Shown one piece after another: positions 18,893 to 28,073 of a stretch of DNA of 64,000 nucleotides. The position numbers were made by a program, and so were the translations under genes. Under the pieces are notes generated by a model. It saw nothing but the letters and a program-made list of their open reading frames with translations. It made no database searches and was not told the DNA's origin. Each line of letters starts with the position of its first letter. The first letter of the stretch is position 1. The stretch comes from Candidatus Poribacteria bacterium (lineage in GTDB: Bacteria > Poribacteria > WGA-4E > JAJDTR01), in contig CBDCTK010000002.1 in NCBI GenBank assembly GCA_965222225.1, forward strand, positions 3,968,001-4,032,000, read 5' to 3'.

Positions 18893-21034
18893 ATGGACAA
18901 CAACACGAACACGGACGAGACGAAAAAACGCCAAGAAGACCTAGACACTGCGCAGAGGTGGCTCGGCGATGCCCGCGAATGGATCAAATTGGCGGAACAG
19001 TTGAATAGCGAAAGTGCAGAGCGCCAGAATAGCAACTCTCCCGAATTCCACAAGTTGAACGTCGCGCATGTCTGTACAGTCTTGGCATTTCAGTTGGCGT
19101 ACAACTCGCTGCTAGTTGCCGAAGCGAAATGGCCGAGGGAAAAGGATGGCGTAGAGAAAACACACAGGAGGCTGCAAAAGGAGACGCAAAGCACAATAGA
19201 GGGATGGATTAGGGAGACAGGAAACGACAACAGCAATTTATTGAAAAATCTTGACAATTACATGAACGAATACGGGATGGAAAGTGCGTTGGAAGACGGA
19301 AACCACCAATTTAACACTTCGGCGTTGGCAACGGTACTTGATGAGTTACTGACGCTAGGTGAACAAAAACTAACTGACGCTAGAAACGTCATCCATCAGA
19401 ATCAACCCGCTCCCAATCTTGATACCGTCCTTGAGAAAATCGGAGAGATAGCAAGAGCCTCGGAAGGTAGCGACTATATCTATCGCGGTGAACCTGAATA
19501 TTATGACAAAGTATCGTCAAACCTATACCGACACTACGAAGGTGATATTGAGGCAGAACATTTCCGGATAGAAATTGCCCAAGATAACATGTTGGAAGAT
19601 GCCAAACGTTATGCCGAGAAAGGCACTAACTTCGAAATCCTAACTCAACTCCAGCACTTCGGCGGAAAAACCAATCTCATAGATTTTTCTACTGATTACC
19701 TAGTTGCCCTCTTCTTCGCTTGTGATGGCTCTTTTGATGAAGACGGTAGAATTCTCCTATTGAAAGAAACTGAGGTAATCAAGAAACAATATGGCGTCAC
19801 AACACCCCGGATTCCACAAAACCGTGTCTTAGCTCAAAAAAGCAAATTCGTTCAACCTCCCGAGGGCATCATTGATCCAAGCAACGAAATTGATATTCCT
19901 AGCAGCCTCAAAAAGCCGATATTAGACTACCTGAGAAAGCACCACGACATTTCCACTGAAACCATCTATAACGACCTTCATGGATTCATTATAAATCAGA
20001 ATCGCCATCAAAGCGCTTACACGGAGTTCTTCAAAGGTAAGACATGTCACGATAATGAAAACTATCCCAAAGCCATTGCGCATTACACTGAGGCCTTGCA
20101 GCGAAACCCGCAATTGTTTGAAGTTTGTAACAATCGCGGAGTCGCTTACGGTGAGATAGGAATGCATGACTACTCTATCAAAGACTTTGGCAAGGCGATA
20201 GAACTCGAATCAAATAATCCCACGGCATACATCAATCGTGGGCTGGCTTATTACCACAAGGGAGAATATAGTCATGCGATTCAAGATTATAATAAAGCGT
20301 TAGAACTGAAACCCGATTGGGCCGACGCTCAATACAATCGCGGGTTGGCTCACTACCACAACGGCGAATATGAACCTGCTATCAGGGACTTTAGCATTGT
20401 AATAGATAGCGATGCCAACGATTCCAAAGCGTATGACAGTCGCGGAACTGCTTACAGGAAGTTAGGCAAGCATGACTACGCCATCAAAGACTATAGTAAA
20501 GCGATTGAACTCCAATCTGATTATGCCAAGGCTCGTTACAATCGTGGGTTGAGTCATAACGATCAGGCCAGATATGACCGTGCCATTCAAGATTTTAACA
20601 AAGCGATAGAACTGAAACCCGATTGGGCCGACGCCCATAACAATCGCGGGTTAGCATTCTACCACAAGCGGGAATACGACCTCGCTGCCAAAGACTTTAA
20701 CAGTGCAATAAACATCAAACTTAGCCATGCCGCAGCGTACAACAATCGTGGAATCACACACGAGAAAATGGGCAAGCGGGACTGCGCCTTCGAAGACTAT
20801 GACAAGACTATAGAATTAAAACCCGATTGGGCCCCCGCTTATTACAATCGTGGATTGATGTGTTTACACATGGAAGACTGGGAGAAAGCCGAGTCTGACT
20901 TGACTACAGCAAAGAACAAGGGCATGGATATTGTGGCGGCATTTCGTGAACGCTATGCAAGTATTTCCTACTTAGAAAAAGAAATCGGCGTGAAGTTACC
21001 GGAAGACATCGCCGCAATGCTGCAACCTAGCTGA
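18893..21034 (+). CDS. N-terminal helical (HEPN-like?) domain, FRG domain and TPR array
   Basis: YIYRGE, LQHFGGKTNLIDFS, NRVLAQKS, TETIYNDLHGF, followed by about 9 TPRs. Confidence 0.88.
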   Translation: MDNNTNTDETKKRQEDLDTAQRWLGDAREWIKLAEQLNSESAERQNSNSPEFHKLNVAHVCTVLAFQLAYNSLLVAEAKWPREKDGVEKTHRRLQKETQSTIEGWIRETGNDNSNLLKNLDNYMNEYGMESALEDGNHQFNTSALATVLDELLTLGEQKLTDARNVIHQNQPAPNLDTVLEKIGEIARASEGSDYIYRGEPEYYDKVSSNLYRHYEGDIEAEHFRIEIAQDNMLEDAKRYAEKGTNFEILTQLQHFGGKTNLIDFSTDYLVALFFACDGSFDEDGRILLLKETEVIKKQYGVTTPRIPQNRVLAQKSKFVQPPEGIIDPSNEIDIPSSLKKPILDYLRKHHDISTETIYNDLHGFIINQNRHQSAYTEFFKGKTCHDNENYPKAIAHYTEALQRNPQLFEVCNNRGVAYGEIGMHDYSIKDFGKAIELESNNPTAYINRGLAYYHKGEYSHAIQDYNKALELKPDWADAQYNRGLAHYHNGEYEPAIRDFSIVIDSDANDSKAYDSRGTAYRKLGKHDYAIKDYSKAIELQSDYAKARYNRGLSHNDQARYDRAIQDFNKAIELKPDWADAHNNRGLAFYHKREYDLAAKDFNSAINIKLSHAAAYNNRGITHEKMGKRDCAFEDYDKTIELKPDWAPAYYNRGLMCLHMEDWEKAESDLTTAKNKGMDIVAAFRERYASISYLEKEIGVKLPEDIAAMLQPS

Positions 21035-21078
21035 TTGCCTTGAGAAAACCGTGACCAAAACAACGCGTTGTGGTGTAA

Positions 21079-21247
21079 TACCATTTCTCTTTATTTACAG
21101 TGCATTACTACCATCAATCAAGTCTTTCTAATGCGGGGCAAGATGCTCGCCTACCGTTTCGGTACGCAAGGTGATGGTCGGTATAGGCTTTTTCATAATA
21201 GCATAATTGAAATCCATTATACGCAATTTTATATTAGCGAAACGGTG
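21079..21247. mobile_element. MITE
   Basis: TIR (T/C)ACC(A/G)TTTC with TAA on both sides; homologous partial copy inverted at about 42487-42553. Confidence 0.55.
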
Positions 21248-21319
21248 TAATTACCCCAAAAACGAGACAGAGGATAGGACTACTAGCCTATCAAACTCCT
21301 TTCAAAATCATACGGTGTT

Positions 21320-22231
21320 TCACTTCCCATCCTTATACTTCTCCACAGGGCTCCGTTCCTCCGGCGCCTCCCTCACATACCGCGCCGGCATCGTCGGGTC
21401 CTGCCACCGCCCCGCCCGCTGCACCTCCTTCATTGTTGCCCCGGCGTCGGCAAGCGACACCGCAGACCCGATACGAAGGGAGTGTCCACCGATCAATTCC
21501 TCCACGCCAGCTTCCACCGCCCGCCGCTGTATCGCTTCTCGTGCCCCCTTCACCCCCAGCCGATCGTCAGTCACATGATTCTGGAAGCGTATTCTCCGGA
21601 ACAGAGCCGCCGACGCAATCCCTGCTCTCCTTCGATACCGCTCTATCAACCGACGTGTCGATTCGCAGATATACAGGAATTCGCCCCGCTTCTCCGCATC
21701 TGCTTTTTTGCCGCGCACCTGAAGTCCCTCGGCTTTAACATCCTCCACATCAACAGCAACCGCCTCCGAGATGCGTAACAGGCAATCGCTCATCAAGCTA
21801 ATCATGGCGGCATCCCGCAACCCCGCCGCTGTATCTGACGATTCCGCCGCCGCGCACACCCGCTCCACTTCGTGCCATGTCAGCCCGTCTACCTGACGGC
21901 GCCCGCGCCCTTTACCTTCGCCGCGGATACTCGACAATGTGCGAATGGTGATGTCCCCAACCACATTGCCAACCCCACGGTACTCAGCCATCCACTTCAC
22001 CGCGGAAACGACCAGGTTGATTGTCGCCGGTGACTTCCCTTCTGCATGAAGGAACTTGATATATTCCTCCAACACCGCATCGGTAAGGGCGCGTCCCTCT
22101 AGCCATGCCTCCAGCTTGCGCGTCGCGTGCTCATACGCTTTGAGCGTGTTGTCCGACACGTTTGCCCTAATCTCCTCGCCCGTACCAGAGGCGATACGCA
22201 AACCGGTGTCCAGTTCCTTCCCTTGCTTCAT
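21320..22231 (-). CDS. Tyrosine recombinase (Cre-like)
   Basis: RDAAMI..LLRISEA, GHSLRIG, GRWQDPTMPARY (R-H-R-W-Y catalytic set). Confidence 0.9.
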   Translation of the reverse strand: MKQGKELDTGLRIASGTGEEIRANVSDNTLKAYEHATRKLEAWLEGRALTDAVLEEYIKFLHAEGKSPATINLVVSAVKWMAEYRGVGNVVGDITIRTLSSIRGEGKGRGRRQVDGLTWHEVERVCAAAESSDTAAGLRDAAMISLMSDCLLRISEAVAVDVEDVKAEGLQVRGKKADAEKRGEFLYICESTRRLIERYRRRAGIASAALFRRIRFQNHVTDDRLGVKGAREAIQRRAVEAGVEELIGGHSLRIGSAVSLADAGATMKEVQRAGRWQDPTMPARYVREAPEERSPVEKYKDGK

Positions 22232-22376
22232 GATAAAATCCTCGTCAGACTTACGCCTACGTTGCCATATTCATCGACCATCCTAGCCTTCCGTCCATAG
22301 CTGGCACGCCAAGTGAACATGGCAACACGAACGTCGTTATTTACAGGCAGCTCCAAAGAATCTCGACCTGCCTGCC

Positions 22377-23387
22377 TTAGAACTGGCCTTCCCTGACCAT
22401 CGTTCGACTTAATCTTCTCACCACCGACGGCGTCACCGGATCATTGTCCAGGAGGAACCCCTCGCCCTTCTTTAGTTTAACGGAAGCAACACTGTCCAGC
22501 TCAGCCAGTTCCTTCGCCCCTTGCAATGCCTTTAGATCGCCCCCGTAGTAATCGTACCAAGGCAGTCCCGCGTTTGTGTAATTCTGAGCCGTCGGCGGCT
22601 CACTTGGCGGCTGGCACCCCGTCAAGTGCAAGAGCTGAACGCTATTGACGATATGCACGAAGCAGCGTGAGCCGTTCGACGTGTCCCACGCATCGATACC
22701 GTGTTCGTCCTCGTATATCTCTTGCCGCATGAGTCCCCCCGGCGCCAACCCCATCTCCTCAATTATTTTCAAGCTTTCCCGCGATGTCTCGCTGTTCGTT
22801 GATGATAGTACCTCACCTAGCCTTTCTTCGTAATTTGACCGCTTCATGGGGTAGACGGCGATCTGAAGTCCGCCGTGCTCCGCCTCTCCCGTTAGTTGTT
22901 CCTCCGCCGTGTAGCCGTCCCCCAGCGGCATCGCCACGAACTGCCATATCAAGCCCTTCTGTACGCAGAACCCGTCCAACCACGGCTGACCCGGCACCAC
23001 CACGTAGTCCTGCGGTTCACCGCTGAGTCCCTCGCTCCATGCCTCTCCGGTCACCGCGTTCACCTTCCCCGCCGCAATCTTCACCGCCATCGGATAGTCG
23101 CCGCGAAAATTAATCCACAGCGCCTCCGCTTGGAACATCGGTAAAAACACCCCGCCATGTCGGCTCCACTTTTCCGGCAAGTCATCTGGATAGTCGTCCA
23201 CGCGGCTCAGCGGAAATTTCCCCAGCCCCGGCGGTAGATAATGTTCCCGATTATCGTCCGGAATCCGCAATGTCCGCTGGAATTCGATCGCGAGCTCCGC
23301 ATCCTCGTGTACGTCAGGGAATCGAAATATAAGCTGATCGTCTTTCAGTTCGATAGTCTTGTTTCGCTTCTTGGTCCTGTTAGCCAT
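22377..23387 (-). CDS. Conserved hypothetical protein
   Basis: FQRTLRIPDD..LPPGLGKFPL..GGVFLPMFQAEALWINF..QPWLDG..QFVAMPLG; family recognisable, function unknown. Confidence 0.8.
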   Translation of the reverse strand: MANRTKKRNKTIELKDDQLIFRFPDVHEDAELAIEFQRTLRIPDDNREHYLPPGLGKFPLSRVDDYPDDLPEKWSRHGGVFLPMFQAEALWINFRGDYPMAVKIAAGKVNAVTGEAWSEGLSGEPQDYVVVPGQPWLDGFCVQKGLIWQFVAMPLGDGYTAEEQLTGEAEHGGLQIAVYPMKRSNYEERLGEVLSSTNSETSRESLKIIEEMGLAPGGLMRQEIYEDEHGIDAWDTSNGSRCFVHIVNSVQLLHLTGCQPPSEPPTAQNYTNAGLPWYDYYGGDLKALQGAKELAELDSVASVKLKKGEGFLLDNDPVTPSVVRRLSRTMVREGQF

Positions 23388-23789
23388 TTTCGTAACACCT
23401 CTTTATTTGAGTTTGCAAAAGCAATTGCGAAAGCCGCGCAGAATCCACTTATATCCTATAACAATAATTATACAACATAAGATTGCCAAAGTCAAATCCT
23501 TTTTTTGGGAGCCCCTTTTCAATTGCGCGAAACATCGGCACGCGTTATAATTCCCTAACCAGATTTTCCACACGCTTGACAACTCACCTATTTCCGCGTT
23601 AGTCGCTTTATTCCTCGTCATCTGTGAGATGATAAGACACTGAGAAGCTGGTTGCATGTTGCCGAATTGATTAGATTCTCCACCCTAAATCTCCTCCATT
23701 TCTGTCTAAAGGATGGGGCTAAGTTCAGTTATTTTGGGTAGCAATTTCGGTTTCATGCCTTCATACCGAAATTTCATACCTACGCTCTT

Positions 23790-23818
23790 TTGACTTTAAC
23801 ATGAAAACTGCGTAGAAT
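23790..23818 (+). promoter_or_regulatory. Putative sigma70 promoter of the sensor kinase gene
   Basis: TTGACT-17 bp-TAGAAT. Confidence 0.45.
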
Positions 23819-23972
23819 CCAGTGATAGCATGAGTTCTACCCCTCTCTCTGTCTCTACCGAAAACCCCCGTTTGGTATGAAAATTATGAAATTTCCGAGG
23901 TGTACTAAACGAGGGTTTTCAGGTCACACTTGGAGTTTGCAAACAGGTTCAAAACGAAAGGACTCCTAGACC

Positions 23973-25742
23973 ATCAAACTCCACCACAAAATCTTCCTCA
24001 CCTACACGTCGCTCTTCCTCGTCACCATCGGCGGGATATTCGCGATTGCGAGTTATTTTATACGCGCCGCGTTTGACGGGCAGATTCGCGAGGAAGCGGC
24101 AGAATTCAGAACTCGTATCTCGGAGACGCACAATTCCTTGGTTGCGGACATTGAGGAGAAGGTCGAGACTGAAAGAACCGACCCCGATGTCGTGCGCGCC
24201 ATCAGAAACCAAGAAACACGGCCGACGACGATTAGAGACACCGTGCTGGAAATTCTGGAGTACGGGGACGCCGACGGGCAAATCATCGCCAGTCGATTGG
24301 ATCTGGATCTTCGCCGGGGAGAGGTTGATTCGGAAGCGCGGGATCGCGCAGTAAACAGAGCCCCCAAATCCGCGATTCGGCTGAGAAACACGCGGCGCGG
24401 CGAAATCGGTTCCTCCGAATCGGCAATCGAGGTCACGCTGCCAATCAAGGCGGGCGAGAGAATCTTGGGTTTTGTCACGGGCGGCTATTTCTTGCGAGAT
24501 CGACTTCGTCGTGCGCTGAGCAACCAATCACGACATACGGTTTTTCTTCGGGAAGCGGACGAACTAATCCCTCTGAATCGATCGGAAGGTTCCGTTCCGG
24601 TCGAGAAAAATGAGCTGATTCAGGCTGCCGGCACGGACAAAACCGGCAGGTTCTCAAAGATCAAAATTGATAACATGCCGCACAGCGTTATTCCGGTAGC
24701 GCTGCCGACGTTGCCGTCAAGCTCACCCGTCGAATTGATTATCGCGTATTCTCACCAAAACGAAATCAGGTTGCAGCGCCAGTTGACACTGATTCTTTTT
24801 GTCGTGGCGGCGGTCGGACTGCTGTTCGCCTATATTGCCAGCTACCTGATCGGACTCCGGATGACCAAACCCATTCACGAACTCACGTCAGGCGTAAGCC
24901 GGATCGCGTCCGGGGAGCTTAACCACCAACTGGATGTCCGCACCCGAGACGAAATCGGACAGCTTATGCAAGGCGTCAACCGGATGGCGACAGATCTGAA
25001 AACCAACTTGGAGCGACGAATTAGCGCTGAACGTGTCGCCGCGTGGCAGGATGTGGCGCGCCAAATTGCCCACGAAATCAAGAACCCGCTGTTTCCTATT
25101 CGAGTCTCAATCGAAAACCTTCAGAAAGCGCGCTCGCAGCCCGAAATCTTCGATAAGATATGCGACGAATGCACCGAGACCATCATTGAAGAGGTCGACC
25201 GACTCCAGCGGATGGTGGACGAATTCCATCAATTCGCTCGGCTGCCCCTTCCCGACCGAAAGCCTTCCAATCTCAATCAAATCGCCGAACACGCACTGAA
25301 TCTGTACTCCCAATCGTTATCGCAGATTCGGATTGAGGCCGACCTTCACCCCGACCTGCCTCGCATCTCCATCGACCCGGAACAGATTGCCCAAGTTTTG
25401 CAGAATCTGATCAAGAACGCCGTTGAAGCCATGCCGGACGGAGGAAGTTTGCGTATTTCAAACCTGCCAATTGATGGGAGCGGGGTTGCGGTAGAGGTTC
25501 AGGACACGGGTATGGGAATGTCGCCGGAAACACAGAAGGAAATGTTTACCCCGTACTACACAACAAAGGAAACCGGAACCGGCTTGGGCATGGCGATTGT
25601 GCAACGAATCATTTCCGATCACGGCGGCAAAATCTCCGTGACGAGTACGGAGGGGGCTGGCACAACAGTGCGTCTTGAGTTTCCGAATCCCGCCCGATCA
25701 ACCGAACGAATAGATCAAACGACCGAATTGGCAGTGCGATAG
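23973..25742 (+). CDS. NtrY-like HAMP sensor histidine kinase (probable ATC start)
   Basis: AWQDVARQIAHEIKNPL, NLIKNA, DTGMG, GTGLG. The open frame extends upstream of 24138 to IKLHHKIFLTYTSLFLVTIGGIFAIASYFI (TM1). Confidence 0.88.
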   Translation: MKLHHKIFLTYTSLFLVTIGGIFAIASYFIRAAFDGQIREEAAEFRTRISETHNSLVADIEEKVETERTDPDVVRAIRNQETRPTTIRDTVLEILEYGDADGQIIASRLDLDLRRGEVDSEARDRAVNRAPKSAIRLRNTRRGEIGSSESAIEVTLPIKAGERILGFVTGGYFLRDRLRRALSNQSRHTVFLREADELIPLNRSEGSVPVEKNELIQAAGTDKTGRFSKIKIDNMPHSVIPVALPTLPSSSPVELIIAYSHQNEIRLQRQLTLILFVVAAVGLLFAYIASYLIGLRMTKPIHELTSGVSRIASGELNHQLDVRTRDEIGQLMQGVNRMATDLKTNLERRISAERVAAWQDVARQIAHEIKNPLFPIRVSIENLQKARSQPEIFDKICDECTETIIEEVDRLQRMVDEFHQFARLPLPDRKPSNLNQIAEHALNLYSQSLSQIRIEADLHPDLPRISIDPEQIAQVLQNLIKNAVEAMPDGGSLRISNLPIDGSGVAVEVQDTGMGMSPETQKEMFTPYYTTKETGTGLGMAIVQRIISDHGGKISVTSTEGAGTTVRLEFPNPARSTERIDQTTELAVR

Positions 25743-25818
25743 AGTTCCCATAGAGATCCCTTCAAGCGAGTGGATAACGAGCAGTCAAAGGCGCGAATAG
25801 CGACTGCGATAGAAATCC
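25696..25818 (+). repeat. Stack of GATCAA..GCGATAG units overlapping the kinase 3' end
   Basis: Full unit at 25713-25742 (AC/GT, CC/GG pairs) plus several partial copies. Confidence 0.8.
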
Positions 25819-26104
25819 TAGTGAAACCCAACACCCAATCCAACTGAAGCGGGAAACAGTAGTAGGCGCGCTCCGTCGTGCCGTAACGTGCACAAGGGAC
25901 GGCATACAGAGTATGCCTACTACTGGCAACTTAGGTTAAATAGCTCTCTGCGCCCCTGAACTCCGATTGCAACAGCCCGCAACCAGCCCCCCATTTCTTC
26001 CTTGCATTTTCCATTGGCGTGTGCTAAACTCCGCAAGGTTTTCCAAGTACTAAACCGCACCAATTTTTATCGAATTTTGACATACAATATAAGGAGGATC
26101 ACAA

Positions 26105-26359
26105 ATGTTTGTTTGCACAGCTTGCGGCTATTTATGGACGGATGCGGCGGGACCACCCGACGAATGCCCCGCATGTACCGCGCCAAAGGAGAAATACGTT
26201 CCCTATGACGACCGTGCGGAAAGATGGGTGAAAAAAGCGGTGGCGTCTCATGTGATGTATCCCGATGAAGAAGGGGCAGATCTGCGCGCGGAAAATTCGG
26301 CGCTGTCCTCACATGTTCGCTTCGCACTCGTTGGTTTGCTTGAAGAACTCAAGGAGTAA
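26105..26359 (+). CDS. Rubredoxin-like domain protein
   Basis: SD AAGGAGG; FVCTACGY..PDECPACTAPK. Confidence 0.8.
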   Translation: MFVCTACGYLWTDAAGPPDECPACTAPKEKYVPYDDRAERWVKKAVASHVMYPDEEGADLRAENSALSSHVRFALVGLLEELKE

Positions 26360-26428
26360 CTTGCTAGTTATGCCATCTCTCTAAAATGACAGGCATCAAT
26401 GACGTGAATTAGAATCGCGATTCGGAGA

Positions 26429-26482
26429 GGGATTTCTATCGCGCTCCTTGTTCAGTCGCTTGATTTGTCCGCTCGCTTGATC
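26429..26482 (-). repeat. GATCAA..GCGATAG units in a REP
   Basis: AATCAA GC GA CT GAACA AG GA GC GCGATAG AAATCCC followed by TCTCCGAATCGCGA on the minus strand. Confidence 0.8.
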
Positions 26483-26516
26483 TTGAAACTAGCAGGTTTT
26501 CACCCCAAGGAGATAT

Positions 26517-28073
26517 GTGATGCGACAACCGATAATCACTAACACAAAGATAATGAAAATACTTAAACCAATTGCTTGCCTGCTGCTGACCCTATACGCG
26601 ACAGCACTATACGCGGCAGGATTCGAAGACATCGAAACTCAGGTGCAAGAGCACGTGCTGTCCAACGGAATGAAGTTCATTATCCTAGAGCGGCACGAGG
26701 CGCCCGTTTTCTCGGGATACATCTACGTCAATGTCGGCGGCGTTGACGAACCTACAGGGAACACCGGAATCGCCCATGTTTTCGAGCACATGGCGTTCAA
26801 AGGAACGACAACGCTCGGGACAAAGAACTACCAAGAAGAAAAAACCACCATGGACGAGATGGATGCGGTGTACGACCAACTTAGAAACGAGTGGGTAAAA
26901 GGCGATCGCGCCGACCCCGAGAAGTTGAAGCAGTTAGAGGCGGAGTTTGACACCCTGCAAGAAAAGGGATCGCAGCACTCCGACGGTGAGGAATATTCCA
27001 AACTTCTGGAGCAAGAGGGCGCTGTCGGTCTCAACGCAACCACATCCGCGGATTCCACCGAATATTTCTACAGTCTTCCGTCAAATCGGCTTGAACTCTG
27101 GATGGCGCTCGAATCGTCACGGTTTCTCGACCCGGTGATGAGGGAATTCTTCAAAGAGAAAGATGTCATCAAGGAGGAACGCCGAGGCCGCGTGGACAGC
27201 AGCCCTATCGGCAGGCTGCTTGAGGAACTGAAGGGAGTGGCTTTTCTGGCGCATCCCTACGGTCGTCCGATCATCGGTCACATGTCGGACATCAATACAA
27301 CAACGCGCGCCGAGGCGCTTGCATTCTTCAAGCAATATTATGCGCCAAGCAATATGGTGGCGGCTATCGTCGGGGATGTCCAGGCAGATCTAGTGATGCA
27401 AATGGCGGAAGAATATTTTGGCAAAATCCCGTCGCGTGCGAATCCGCCCCTTGTCGAGACCACGGAGCCGAAACAGTTGGGGACACGGCATGTTAAACTT
27501 CTGGAGCAATCACAACCCATTTTCATTGCCGCTTACCATGTCCCAGCCGTCAGGCATCCCAATTACATTGTCCTGGGAGCCATTGCGGACATTCTGTCCT
27601 CCGGGCGCACGTCGCGCTTTCACAAGAAGTTAATCCGTGACGAGAAATCCTCAATCTCTATCGGCGCTTTTCCGGGGTATCCGGGCGACAAATATGCCAG
27701 CCTTTTCGTAATTTACTCCTTCCCGGCGCAGGGACATTCAAACGAGAAAAACGAAGAGATGATAATGGCTGAGATTGAGAATCTCAAGACCGAACATGTG
27801 ACAGAAGACGAGTTGAAGAAAGTCAAGAGGAACGCGAAAGCTGGTTTTATCCGATCGTTGCGCTCCAACCAAGGCTTAGCCGCGCAGTTGTGCACCTACG
27901 AATTTATCCACGACGATTGGCGCGAGATTTTCAACCTGTTGGAACAGATTGAGAAGATAACCCGGGAAGACATCAAACGCGTCGCGAACGAATACTTCGT
28001 GGATAGCAATCGTTCTGTCGCAGAAATCGTTACGGAAGAAGCATCGAAAGAAGACATGGAGGCGGGTGAATGA
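26517..28073 (+). CDS. M16 family zinc peptidase (active subunit)
   Basis: Inverted zinc motif HVFEH, NATTSADSTEY, signal-like N-terminus. Confidence 0.92.
   Translation: MMRQPIITNTKIMKILKPIACLLLTLYATALYAAGFEDIETQVQEHVLSNGMKFIILERHEAPVFSGYIYVNVGGVDEPTGNTGIAHVFEHMAFKGTTTLGTKNYQEEKTTMDEMDAVYDQLRNEWVKGDRADPEKLKQLEAEFDTLQEKGSQHSDGEEYSKLLEQEGAVGLNATTSADSTEYFYSLPSNRLELWMALESSRFLDPVMREFFKEKDVIKEERRGRVDSSPIGRLLEELKGVAFLAHPYGRPIIGHMSDINTTTRAEALAFFKQYYAPSNMVAAIVGDVQADLVMQMAEEYFGKIPSRANPPLVETTEPKQLGTRHVKLLEQSQPIFIAAYHVPAVRHPNYIVLGAIADILSSGRTSRFHKKLIRDEKSSISIGAFPGYPGDKYASLFVIYSFPAQGHSNEKNEEMIMAEIENLKTEHVTEDELKKVKRNAKAGFIRSLRSNQGLAAQLCTYEFIHDDWREIFNLLEQIEKITREDIKRVANEYFVDSNRSVAEIVTEEASKEDMEAGE

Noticed and set aside
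8794-23727. Repeated ...GGGGTAAGTTCA ends as IS200/IS605 omega-RNA ends or integron attC sites
   Set aside because: Their reverse complement (TGAACTTACCCC..TAGACAG) pairs with left ends at 10149 and 21074/21246, which fits IS3-type TG..CA inverted repeats better.
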